Of a stretch of 64,000 bases of DNA, positions 1 through 8,519 are shown piece by piece. The notes under the pieces are model-generated. The model saw only the letters and a list, made by a program, of their open reading frames with translations, did no database searches and had not been told where the DNA came from. The position numbers were made by a program, and so were the translations under genes. Within the stretch, counting starts at the first letter, position 1, and each line of letters begins with the position of its first letter. The DNA comes from Acidobacteriota bacterium (GTDB lineage: Bacteria > Acidobacteriota > UBA6911 > RPQK01 > JADFOI01), in contig OY760074.1 in NCBI GenBank assembly GCA_963663035.1, forward strand, positions 320,001-384,000, given 5' to 3'.

Positions 1-325
1 CCTTATCCGGTTCGGATTCAAAAGCAGATATCCCGAAATAAATGGCCTTGTCATCGTATAGGATCCGCACTTCCGTTTTTTCGGTGGCAGGTTCTCCCTG
101 GAAAGGTTCCCTTTGAGTGAAATCGGCGGCGGGCTCAGCTTCCGCCCAGGCCGGCTCGTCCAGCACGCCGTCAAGCTCAATGGGCATGTTCGTAAGGTGG
201 GCAAAAATATTCCTGTCCTGGGGATTGGCGTTGGCAGAATCCTGCCCGGCCACTGGCAGGCAACAGAGAAGAACCACAAAACCCAACCTGTACAGCAGAG
301 GCCCAAGTCCCCGTTGAATCGTCAC
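1..325 (-). CDS. DUF5916/CBM9-like domain secreted or outer-membrane protein, 5' part (runs off window start)
   Basis: Manual translation from GTG at 325 gives a signal-like N-terminus then IELDGVLDEPAWAEAEPAADFTQREPFQGEPATEKTEVRILYDDKAIYFG, homologous to the N-termini of the genes at 44552 and 63407. Confidence 0.8.
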   Translation of the reverse strand, partial: MTIQRGLGPLLYRLGFVVLLCCLPVAGQDSANANPQDRNIFAHLTNMPIELDGVLDEPAWAEAEPAADFTQREPFQGEPATEKTEVRILYDDKAIYFGISAFESEPDK

Positions 326-344
326 AGCGGCCAGCCCCCCGACC

Positions 345-2240
345 CTAGCGCAGCTCGGCTGCGAGTTGATCCTGGCCCGAGCGATTGTCGTAGACGATTT
401 TGCCGCTGAGACCGGTCATGACTGACTTCAGGTCCAGGATGTCGTCTATGGGGATGGTAAAGTAATCTCTGTCCAGGACCGCAAAGTCTGCGTATTTTCC
501 GGGCTCCAGCGTCCCGATCGTATCCTCGGCCAACATGTATTCAGAAGCCCAGATGGTAGCCATTTTCAGTGCTGTGACCCGATCGATTGCCTCATCAGGA
601 AGCAGGGTCACGGAGTCTGGGTAGGTCCTGGAGACCGGTGTTTTTCGTGTCACCAGCGTATAGATGGGCGTCCAAAAATTGGTGCCGGCGGCCTCAAAAG
701 TCACCCGAACTCCTTGATTGATCCAGGTCTTGACCGGCATGGCATACTCTCTCAGTTCCTCACCGTAATCATCGATCAGCTTGGGAATCTCAGCCAGGTA
801 GCTGGTGTTGACATTCAGGATGATTCCGTACTTCTTAATCCCCGCCATCACGTCAGGCACATTGCCCAGCACCTGGTTGTGTTCCAAGGTCAGTCTGAGA
901 TCCCTGACATACTCGACTGAGAAGTTCGCTTCCTCCATGGCTTCTTCGAGCATCTGGATATAGAGTCGCACTCCGTGGGGGGAAGTCCCGTGGACTCCGG
1001 CCGCCCGCCATCCATTGATGAGTCCCGCACGAAGAGCTACCCAGGCCTTCAGGTCCGGATTGGGACACCGCTCGCGGGACTTGATGTCCGCAGGGGCGTC
1101 GACATCGGGCCCCATGCAGATGTTGTTCTGGGTGGAATCCCAGATTTCGTGGCACATCCCGTTGAGCCACATCATCTCGCCCCCATTGGCATGATCTGTC
1201 CAGGGGGCTCCGTACCCTCGATAGAACTGGTCGATGCTCTCGCGGTTGAAAAGGATTCCTCTCTGCGATTCGATGTAGTAGGCCAGGCGGTGGGGCAGTC
1301 GACCCTCCCGATTCAAGAGGCTGTAGGCGGCCACTGTTCTGGGGTACAAAAGTCGTGTGGCTACTGTAGTGATGCCATTTTTGATGACATCCAATCCCTG
1401 CAGCCGCATCACTTCCGCCAGGTCGGAAAGAGGTTTATCCTTCCACCAAAACTCAAAGGTCATTGCGCCCTGTTCGGGAACGGCAAAATAGCCATTCTGC
1501 GAGGACCCAGGACCGGTTTCCAGGTCTGTGCTTTCCGCCCAGTCGTGGAAGACTTCCTCGAATTCGGCGATCGCTACTGAATTAAAGTATCCACCGATTC
1601 CTCCCCAGACCATCACCGGGTGGTCTGGAGTCGCTGCATCCAATTGCCGTCTGTTGAGCTTTCCCACATAAAACCAGGTGCGGTTGGTACCAGGAAGATT
1701 CTCCGGGCCCTCTTGAACAGAGACACTAATCCACTGGCCCTTGGCAATGTTTTGCGCTTGAATGGCGTTGACCACCCCGTCCCTGATCCTCTTGGCGGTC
1801 GCCTCCGGAGTAGTGTCTGCAACCACGGTCAGCCGGATGCTGGGATCGGTCAGCCCAAAGTCAGGGCCATACCTTCTGGCTGCGGTGCTAAACAGATGGT
1901 AGTGAGTTTGAATCAAGCCCGGGATAACGGTCCGGCTGCCCAAATCGACGGTCTCTGTTTGGGATCCAGCCAACATCTTCATTTCTTCATCGGTTCCCAG
2001 AGCCATAATCTTTTTCCCTTTGATGGCCATCGCCTCAAAGATCTGTCCGGTCGTGTTGGGAACGTAGCTCCGGTCATCCATGCTGACAATCTTTCCGTTC
2101 ACCAGTATGGTGTCGGCATAGCCCAGTTCGTCCACCAAAGCGGGGCGCTCCTGGGACAGGCCAGGACCAGTCAGGAGCAGCCCGAGCATAAGAAATGTGA
2201 AAGGGATAGAGAATGTTCTTCTCATAAATATGTTTGCCAT
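345..2240 (-). CDS. Secreted amidohydrolase family 3 (YtcJ-like) protein
   Basis: Signal peptide; DLGSRTVIPGLIQTHYH (HxH), EH, and C-terminal GTLEPGKYADFAVLDRD motifs. Confidence 0.85.
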   Translation of the reverse strand: MANIFMRRTFSIPFTFLMLGLLLTGPGLSQERPALVDELGYADTILVNGKIVSMDDRSYVPNTTGQIFEAMAIKGKKIMALGTDEEMKMLAGSQTETVDLGSRTVIPGLIQTHYHLFSTAARRYGPDFGLTDPSIRLTVVADTTPEATAKRIRDGVVNAIQAQNIAKGQWISVSVQEGPENLPGTNRTWFYVGKLNRRQLDAATPDHPVMVWGGIGGYFNSVAIAEFEEVFHDWAESTDLETGPGSSQNGYFAVPEQGAMTFEFWWKDKPLSDLAEVMRLQGLDVIKNGITTVATRLLYPRTVAAYSLLNREGRLPHRLAYYIESQRGILFNRESIDQFYRGYGAPWTDHANGGEMMWLNGMCHEIWDSTQNNICMGPDVDAPADIKSRERCPNPDLKAWVALRAGLINGWRAAGVHGTSPHGVRLYIQMLEEAMEEANFSVEYVRDLRLTLEHNQVLGNVPDVMAGIKKYGIILNVNTSYLAEIPKLIDDYGEELREYAMPVKTWINQGVRVTFEAAGTNFWTPIYTLVTRKTPVSRTYPDSVTLLPDEAIDRVTALKMATIWASEYMLAEDTIGTLEPGKYADFAVLDRDYFTIPIDDILDLKSVMTGLSGKIVYDNRSGQDQLAAELR

Positions 2241-2421
2241 CTGAACCTCCTGTGTTCTGTTCTTTTTACCCAGTTCTTAATCACCCTTCCACAAGACTGT
2301 TTGCGCGTAGGCTCCTGCCAGAAGATAGATCACAAAGATGATTGGTAGTTGGGATGGTAGAACCCAGTCGTGGAGTTGTCAACTGGTGGCTGCCGCACCA
2401 GTTGTTGCACTCCAGTGGTGT

Positions 2422-2453
2422 TGATTGACATGCCAATCAGTGCTCAATATACT
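2422..2453 (+). promoter_or_regulatory. Sigma70 promoter with an overlapping palindromic operator
   Basis: TTGACA (2425-2430), 17 bp, TATACT (2448-2453); inverted repeat TGATTG-ACATGC-CAATCA (2422-2439) covers the -35. Confidence 0.7.
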
Positions 2454-2484
2454 CCCGCCCAAAAAGAGAGAGGGGTGTAAGGCG

Positions 2485-3312
2485 ATGGCGAAAAAATCAT
2501 ATAAGACCGTCAAAGTTGAAAAGGAACAGGGAATAACCTGGGTCACTCTCAACAGGCCGGAAAAACGCAATGCCATGAATCCGCAGCTTCATTTTGAGAT
2601 GGTTGATGTGCTCGCTGAGTTAGAGGTAGACGATGAGACACGAGTACTGGTGCTGACAGGTGCTGGTGACAGCTGGTGTGCGGGTCAGGATCTCAAGGAG
2701 TTTTTTCGCGAGCTGGATGACAAGCCCGCCCAACGGCGACGCGCCGAGTGGGCCACTCATGAGTGGCGCTGGCGGAACCTGTTGACCTTCCCCAAGCCCA
2801 CCATTGCCATGGTCAACGGCTACTGCTTTGGTGGAGCCTTTACTCAGTTGATCGCCTGCGATATTGCCATTGCTGCCGAGGATGCCATCTTTGGTCTGAG
2901 CGAGATCAACTTCGGGATCTTTCCTGGGGGGTTGGTGAGCCGCGTGATCGCCGATGCCATGAGCTATCGCGATGCCCTTTACTACAGTCTGACGGGTGAC
3001 ACCTTTGATGGACGGCAGGCCGCGGCCATGCGCTTGGTGACCTTCGCTGTTCCGGCCGACAAGTTGCGCGAGGAGACAGTGAAGCTTGCAAAAAAGCTCA
3101 TGGAGAAGAACCCCCACGCTCTTCGAGCAGCCAAGGAAGTTTTTAAAACCTGCCGCAACATGGACTACACAGTGGCTGAAGAGTACATTGGTGCCAAGAT
3201 TCTTGCCCTTCGGGCCACAGATCCGGAGCGTGGCCGCGACAAGGGGATAGACCAGTTCATTTCTGAAAAGAAATACCGCCCGGGACTTGAATCCTATGAC
3301 CGCGACTCTTGA
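2485..3312 (+). CDS. ech: p-hydroxycinnamoyl/feruloyl-CoA hydratase-lyase (crotonase family)
   Basis: LNRPEKRNAM, AGQDLKEFFRE, WRWR, LSEINFGIFPGG and C-terminal KKYRPGLESY typical of HCHL; ATG at 2485 follows an AG-rich SD. Confidence 0.85.
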   Translation: MAKKSYKTVKVEKEQGITWVTLNRPEKRNAMNPQLHFEMVDVLAELEVDDETRVLVLTGAGDSWCAGQDLKEFFRELDDKPAQRRRAEWATHEWRWRNLLTFPKPTIAMVNGYCFGGAFTQLIACDIAIAAEDAIFGLSEINFGIFPGGLVSRVIADAMSYRDALYYSLTGDTFDGRQAAAMRLVTFAVPADKLREETVKLAKKLMEKNPHALRAAKEVFKTCRNMDYTVAEEYIGAKILALRATDPERGRDKGIDQFISEKKYRPGLESYDRDS

Positions 3313-3330
3313 GTGATCCAACGAGACAGT

Positions 3331-4497
3331 ATGGATTTCAACTTATCTGACGAACTGCTGATGCTGAAGGAGACGGTTCGGCGGTTCGTAGACGAGGAGC
3401 TGATTCCGCTGGAGGCACATTACCGCCCTGAAGCCGACGCCATGCCGGAGGAGCTTCTCCGTCCCTTGCAGAAGAAGGCCAGGTCCATTGGCTTGTGGCT
3501 GCTGGATGTCCCCAAAGAATATGGTGGAGCCGAGCTGGATCTCCTGACTCGCTGTGTCATTGCAGAGGAGGTCGGTCGAACCGTGGTGATCCCCTACCGA
3601 CTCAATGAAGTCTTTGGTCCGGAAGTACGTCCTCCCCTGTTTTACTGCAATGAGGAGCAAAAGGAACGGTACCTCCACCCGGTATTGAAGGGGGAGAAGC
3701 GGATGTGTTTTGCGCTGACCGAGCCCGACGCCGGCTCGGACCCGGCTGGTATGCAAACGTCTGCCGTCCGCGATGGGGACGACTTTGTGATCAACGGAAC
3801 CAAACGCTTCATCAGTGGCGCAGGTTACTCGGACTTTGCCCAGGTGATGGCCTTGACGGACCCCGAGAAACGTGCCCGCGGTGGCATCACCTCATTTCTG
3901 GTGGACCTGGATACCCCGGGGGTGAACCTCACACGCCAACAGCCGACCATGATGGGAGATGCCCCCTGGGAGATTGTCTTTGACAATGTCCGGGTTCCTG
4001 CCTCCAGGGTGTTGGGTGAGGTGGGCGCCGGATTCTCCCTGGCCCAGGAATGGCTCACCGATGGGCGGGTGCGCTGCCATGGCGCACAGAGCGTTGGGAT
4101 GGCCCAGCGTGCACTGGATATGATGATGGAGTATGCCCAGGACCGCGTTACCTTTGGAAAGCCTCTGTCCCAGCGGCAGGCGGTGCAGTTTATGATCGCC
4201 AACTCTGCTATGGAAGTGCACGCAGCCCGGCTAATGGTCTATGAGTGCGCCTGGCGTCACGACCGCAACGAGAATGTCCGCGACAGCTCCTATATGGTGA
4301 AGATCACCTGCACCGAGATGGCCAGTCAGGTGGTCGATCGGGCCATCCAGGTGTTTGGAGGGATGGGGCTCACCAGGGAACTACCTCTGGAGTGGATGTA
4401 CCGGCAGCTTCGCAGCATCCGGATCACGGAAGGCGCCACAGAGGTTCTGCGCTGGCGGCTGGCTCAAAACCTCATGAAGAAACGCAGCCGACATTGA
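3331..4497 (+). CDS. Acyl-CoA dehydrogenase
   Basis: FALTEPDAGSD, INGTKRFIS, RVTFGKPL..Q, IQVFGGMG, ITEGATEV motifs. Confidence 0.92.
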   Translation: MDFNLSDELLMLKETVRRFVDEELIPLEAHYRPEADAMPEELLRPLQKKARSIGLWLLDVPKEYGGAELDLLTRCVIAEEVGRTVVIPYRLNEVFGPEVRPPLFYCNEEQKERYLHPVLKGEKRMCFALTEPDAGSDPAGMQTSAVRDGDDFVINGTKRFISGAGYSDFAQVMALTDPEKRARGGITSFLVDLDTPGVNLTRQQPTMMGDAPWEIVFDNVRVPASRVLGEVGAGFSLAQEWLTDGRVRCHGAQSVGMAQRALDMMMEYAQDRVTFGKPLSQRQAVQFMIANSAMEVHAARLMVYECAWRHDRNENVRDSSYMVKITCTEMASQVVDRAIQVFGGMGLTRELPLEWMYRQLRSIRITEGATEVLRWRLAQNLMKKRSRH

Positions 4498-5699
4498 TGG
4501 ATACACCGGGTGGGTCCCTGTTATCGGGCTACCGGGTTCTGGATATCAGTACCGCCATGGGAGCATTCTGCGGGAAGCTTCTGTGCGACCTGGGGATGGA
4601 GGTCATCAAGGTCGAACCCCCGGGCGGTGATGGGCTGCGACGTGAACCCCCCTTCGCCCATGGACACACCGACAGTGAAGGCAGTCTTCGCTTTGCCTAT
4701 CTGAATGCCGGCAAGCGGGGCATTACGCTGGATCTCACCCATCCGGCCGGGCGAGATCTGTTCCTGGATCTTCTCGAGCGGGTGGATATTGTTTTAGAGA
4801 GCTCTGGTCCGGATCATCTGGAAACACTCAACCTCAGCTATTCCATTCTCACTGAGCGCCAGCCCAAGCTCATCGTTGTTTCACTCTCAGGCTTTGGCCA
4901 AGGCGGACCCTACAGTCACTTTCGATCGCCCGACATCGTCACCACTGCCATGAGTGGACTGCTGTACGTTAGTGGCGATCCCCAGCTGCCGCCCTGCATG
5001 CCTCCTGAAACTCAGTCCTACTATTACGCCGGACTCTACGCCGCCTACGGGGTGATGCTGGCACTGTGGCGCCGAGAGGAGCAGGGACAGGGTGTGTATA
5101 TCGACGCCTCGGTTCAGGCCAGTCTGGCCATTCACGAACACGTTGCCTTCACTTACTCCGCAGAAGGGAGGCTGGTGAAACGGGCCGGAAGCCAACACCA
5201 GCATGTGGCGCCGGCTAACCTCTTTCGCTGCCAGGACGGATACATTTCTCTTTTCGCAACCCATCGCCATTGGCCCATTCTTCTCGAGGTCTGGGAGGAC
5301 CATCCTGAGGAACTGGACGATCCCCGCTGGAAGACCGACACGGAACGCCGAGCCCACGCTGATTGGCTCAATCCGCTGGTCGAGTCCTTTACCTCTCGCT
5401 ACAAAAAGGACGAGCTTGCCCACCTCTTACAGAAGCGTGGCATTCCAGGCCTACCCGTCAACACCCCATCGGAGTTTCAGCAGGATCCTCATATCCAGGA
5501 TCGGGAGTTCTTCGCTCCCGTGACACACCCTGAGATCGGCACCTACCAGCAGCCAGGTGTTCCCTTCACGGTGGACGGAGATCGCCCAGGGCCGGCGCCC
5601 GCACCGACGCTGGGTCAACATAATCAGGAGGTCTACGGCGATGAGCTGGGCCTGACCCAGAAAGAGATCGACAACCTGGCCTCCAAAGGGCTGATATGA
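4497..5699 (+). CDS. Class III (CaiB/BaiF) CoA-transferase, probably non-catalytic subunit
   Basis: LSGYRVLD, VIKVEPPGGD, LNAGKRGITLDL, APTLGQHN; ATG overlaps upstream TGA; no Asp at the expected catalytic position (QSYYYAG). Confidence 0.85.
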   Translation: MDTPGGSLLSGYRVLDISTAMGAFCGKLLCDLGMEVIKVEPPGGDGLRREPPFAHGHTDSEGSLRFAYLNAGKRGITLDLTHPAGRDLFLDLLERVDIVLESSGPDHLETLNLSYSILTERQPKLIVVSLSGFGQGGPYSHFRSPDIVTTAMSGLLYVSGDPQLPPCMPPETQSYYYAGLYAAYGVMLALWRREEQGQGVYIDASVQASLAIHEHVAFTYSAEGRLVKRAGSQHQHVAPANLFRCQDGYISLFATHRHWPILLEVWEDHPEELDDPRWKTDTERRAHADWLNPLVESFTSRYKKDELAHLLQKRGIPGLPVNTPSEFQQDPHIQDREFFAPVTHPEIGTYQQPGVPFTVDGDRPGPAPAPTLGQHNQEVYGDELGLTQKEIDNLASKGLI

Positions 5700-5705
5700 A
5701 GGGGA

Positions 5706-5733
5706 AGGAGGCAGGAGGCAGGAGACAGGAGGA
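5706..5733. repeat. Heptamer tandem repeat (AGGAGGC/AGGAGAC)
   Basis: AGGAGGC AGGAGGC AGGAGAC AGGAGG seen directly. Confidence 0.6.
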
Positions 5734-5746
5734 GAAATATGGGTAC

Positions 5747-5823
5747 GGCCCGCAGGCTGAAGCCTGCGGCTCTGACGGAACTTAAGAGGCTCAGACAGAG
5801 CCGTGGGCTTTAGCCCACGGGCC
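5747..5823. repeat. REP-like palindrome doublet (inverted pair)
   Basis: GGCCCGCAGGCTGAAGCCTGCGGCTCTG (5747-5774) is an inverted variant of CAGAGCCGTGGGCTTTAGCCCACGGGCC (5796-5823). Confidence 0.75.
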
Positions 5824-5868
5824 AGGTGGCCAGGTCTGTTTTCTATGGCTTAAGGAGCACTATCCACT

Positions 5869-7077
5869 GTGTCTAGCACGAACCGAATTCTAGAGGGCAT
5901 TCGCGTGATCGCCTTCACCAATGCCTATGCCGGTCCCTACGCGGGACGGCTTCTAGCCCAGCACGGCGCCGAGGTCATCAAGGTGGAATCTCGAAGCGGT
6001 GGGCTGGACACCTTTCGCCACTTTGGCAAGGACCTGGAGTCTTCGGCCCGCTTCATTGAGTGCAACCTTGGAGTTCGATCCCTCACCCTGAATCTCAAAC
6101 ACCCGGTCGGGGTTCAGATCATCAAGGACCTGTCAGCTTGTTCTGATGCGGTGCTGGAGAACTTTCGACCCGGGGTTCTGACGCGCCTGGGCCTCGGAGA
6201 GGAAGAACTCAGGCAGGTGAATCCAGGGATCATTATTCTCAGGATGCCCGGGCTGGGGGAGAAGGGACCGAAGAGCTGGTATGGTACCTGGGGTTTCAAC
6301 CTCACAGCTTTCTCCGGCATGACCTCTCTGTGGAACCACCCCGGCCAGGAGCGTCCCATCGGTAGCCAGGGAGTCTATCCCGATCATTTGAGTTTCATCA
6401 TGGCTCCCACGCTGTTGGTGGCCGCATTGCTGAGGCGTCGGTCGTCAAAGCGGGGTGTCACCATCGATCTGGCCCAGGCGGAGGCCATGGCCTATGCTCT
6501 GGGTGTGAGCTATCTAGAGATGGCAGTCAACGGGAAAGCTCCCCAACCACAAGGCAACCACGACCCGGTGGCTTCTCCACACGGATGCTACCGCTGTGAC
6601 GGCGATGATCGTTGGTGTGTTATTTCCATCAGAACCGATCAGGAGTGGCGCAAGTTCTGCCGTGTCATGGGACGAGAGGAGTTGGCAGAGTCCACTCAGT
6701 TTTCTGAGCAAAGTGCCCGCCTCAAACATGCTTCTGATCTGGATGGGATTGTCCAGGAGTGGACCCAATTGCGATCCCCTGAGAGTGTGATGAAAGAGCT
6801 TCAGGCAGAAGGGATTGCTGCTGGGGTGGTCCAGGACGGCGCTCAGCTCATGAAGGACCCACAGCTTCGTCACCGCAGTTATTTTGAGAATTTCCCCAGC
6901 TCGTCCTTCGGACCCATGGAGATCCCGCGCAGCGCACTGCAATTCGGTGGGATGACCGATGACCCCCTCTCCCTGCCCTCCGCTCTGGGCCAGGACACAG
7001 ATACCATCCTGCAGGATCTTCTGGGATACGATGAAGAAACCATCGATGAGTGGAGGAAAGAAGGGGTCCTGAGCTGA
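5869..7077 (+). CDS. Class III (CaiB/BaiF) CoA-transferase, catalytic subunit
   Basis: LEGIRVI, AGPYAG, VIKVES, VLENFRPGV, YPDH (Asp retained), SALGQDT. Confidence 0.88.
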   Translation: MSSTNRILEGIRVIAFTNAYAGPYAGRLLAQHGAEVIKVESRSGGLDTFRHFGKDLESSARFIECNLGVRSLTLNLKHPVGVQIIKDLSACSDAVLENFRPGVLTRLGLGEEELRQVNPGIIILRMPGLGEKGPKSWYGTWGFNLTAFSGMTSLWNHPGQERPIGSQGVYPDHLSFIMAPTLLVAALLRRRSSKRGVTIDLAQAEAMAYALGVSYLEMAVNGKAPQPQGNHDPVASPHGCYRCDGDDRWCVISIRTDQEWRKFCRVMGREELAESTQFSEQSARLKHASDLDGIVQEWTQLRSPESVMKELQAEGIAAGVVQDGAQLMKDPQLRHRSYFENFPSSSFGPMEIPRSALQFGGMTDDPLSLPSALGQDTDTILQDLLGYDEETIDEWRKEGVLS

Positions 7078-7085
7078 AAAAAGTT

Positions 7086-7113
7086 CAGAGCCGTGGGCTT
7101 TAGCCCACGGGCC
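7086..7113. repeat. REP-like palindrome, single copy between convergent genes
   Basis: 28-bp sequence identical to 5796-5823. Confidence 0.75.
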
Positions 7114-7116
7114 CTC

Positions 7117-8364
7117 TCATTGAATTTCGATTCTCTCCAGGGGTCCCACAATAAACACGTAGGAGATGGCGCCAAACAGCATGACCGCTCCTGCGACCAC
7201 CAGGGCCCCAGTGAAAGTTCCGGTTGCTTCCAGAATAAAGCCCGTCACGATGGGCGCCATGAGGCCGCCCACGTTGCCGCCGAAGTTCTGAATGGAGGTC
7301 AGGGAGCCGACCGCTGCCCGCGGGGCGATATCAATGGCCATGGCATTGGCTGATCCCGTGGTGGCTCTCAAGAACCCCATACAAAGCGTCAGAAGGGTCA
7401 CCGCTAACCAGGTCTGGGGTGTATAGGCTGCAGTGACCACCAGGACGGTCGCGATCATCATTCCCGTTCCCACAATGGCCTTACGGGCGAAGGTGGGACT
7501 CAAACCGCGTCGGATCACATAATCCCCCAGCCATCCCCCTCCGATGGTGGCGATCATTCCGACCAGGAAAGGAAGGCTGGCCACGATACCGGTCCGGACA
7601 ACGCTCATGTCTCTCTCCAGGATCAGATAAGCAGGTAGCCAGTTTACAAAGACGTGATAAGCGTAAAGATATCCCATCTGTCCAAAGGCAAGTCCCCACG
7701 CTGAGCGGTAGCGCAAGAGCGAACTCAAGGGAACCCGGTTTGGTACTGAACTTTCCTGGCGCGGCTCCACATCGGACTGCACGCCGATCCTCTTGTCCGG
7801 GTACAGGAGAAACCACTTGAGGGTAAATAACAGGCTGGCGCCGCCAATCCAGTAAAAGACCGATTGCCAGCCATAACGGGCCAGGAGAAAGGCAGCAATC
7901 ATGGCTCCTATCGCTATTCCAACCTGACTCGCCGAGAAACAGAAACCCAGCGCAGTGGAGCGCTCCCGGGGTCCGAACCATCGCGAGATGGCTGAGGCCT
8001 GGGCAGGAATGAGCATGCTGTGCCCCAACCCAAAGAGAGCTCGCATCAAGAAGAGAGAAACGGCAGCCGTGGCCAGGGGCAAGGCCAGGGTCGCCAGACC
8101 CCAAACCCCGGAGCCGATACCCTGAACGATCCATGTGCCGAATCGGTCCACCAGCGGTCCCATGAGAAGCTGGCTGCCGGTATAGGTCCAGTTCCAGCCC
8201 GACATGACGATGCCCATGGCAGAGGGAGAGATGTCATATTCTTCCATCAAGGCGGGCGCCACGATACTCAGGGCAACACGGATGACGCTGACGGTCGCCA
8301 GGGCCCCCCACAAAAGACTGACGACCTTCCACTTTTCCAAGCCTTCTCTTATTTTCTGGTTCAC
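7117..8364 (-). CDS. MFS transporter (anion:cation symporter-like)
   Basis: About 12 hydrophobic segments; GPLVDRFG motif A; ISRWFGPRERSTA; WLPAYL; GGWLGD. Confidence 0.88.
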   Translation of the reverse strand: MNQKIREGLEKWKVVSLLWGALATVSVIRVALSIVAPALMEEYDISPSAMGIVMSGWNWTYTGSQLLMGPLVDRFGTWIVQGIGSGVWGLATLALPLATAAVSLFLMRALFGLGHSMLIPAQASAISRWFGPRERSTALGFCFSASQVGIAIGAMIAAFLLARYGWQSVFYWIGGASLLFTLKWFLLYPDKRIGVQSDVEPRQESSVPNRVPLSSLLRYRSAWGLAFGQMGYLYAYHVFVNWLPAYLILERDMSVVRTGIVASLPFLVGMIATIGGGWLGDYVIRRGLSPTFARKAIVGTGMMIATVLVVTAAYTPQTWLAVTLLTLCMGFLRATTGSANAMAIDIAPRAAVGSLTSIQNFGGNVGGLMAPIVTGFILEATGTFTGALVVAGAVMLFGAISYVFIVGPLERIEIQ

Positions 8365-8415
8365 GGGGTCTGTGGATTGTACCAGCTTCCAACCTCCGGA
8401 TCTCGAATTTGTCTG

Positions 8416-8478
8416 CTGTCAGTTGTCAGTGGTCAGTGGTCAGTCTCCTACCTCCTGACTCCTACCTCCTACCTCCTT
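8416..8478. repeat. Heptamer tandem repeats (GTCAGTG and CTCCTAC types)
   Basis: GTCAGTT GTCAGTG GTCAGTG GTCAGT followed by CTCCTAC CTCCTGA CTCCTAC CTCCTAC. Confidence 0.7.
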
Positions 8479-8481
8479 CTC

Positions 8482-8510
8482 TTGCAATCCCGTCCTCTTC
8501 CGATTAGATT
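8482..8510 (+). promoter_or_regulatory. Putative sigma70 promoter of the Mo-hydroxylase operon
   Basis: TTGCAA-N17-TAGATT ending 9 nt before the ATG at 8520. Confidence 0.45.
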
Positions 8511-8519
8511 AAGTGGCCA

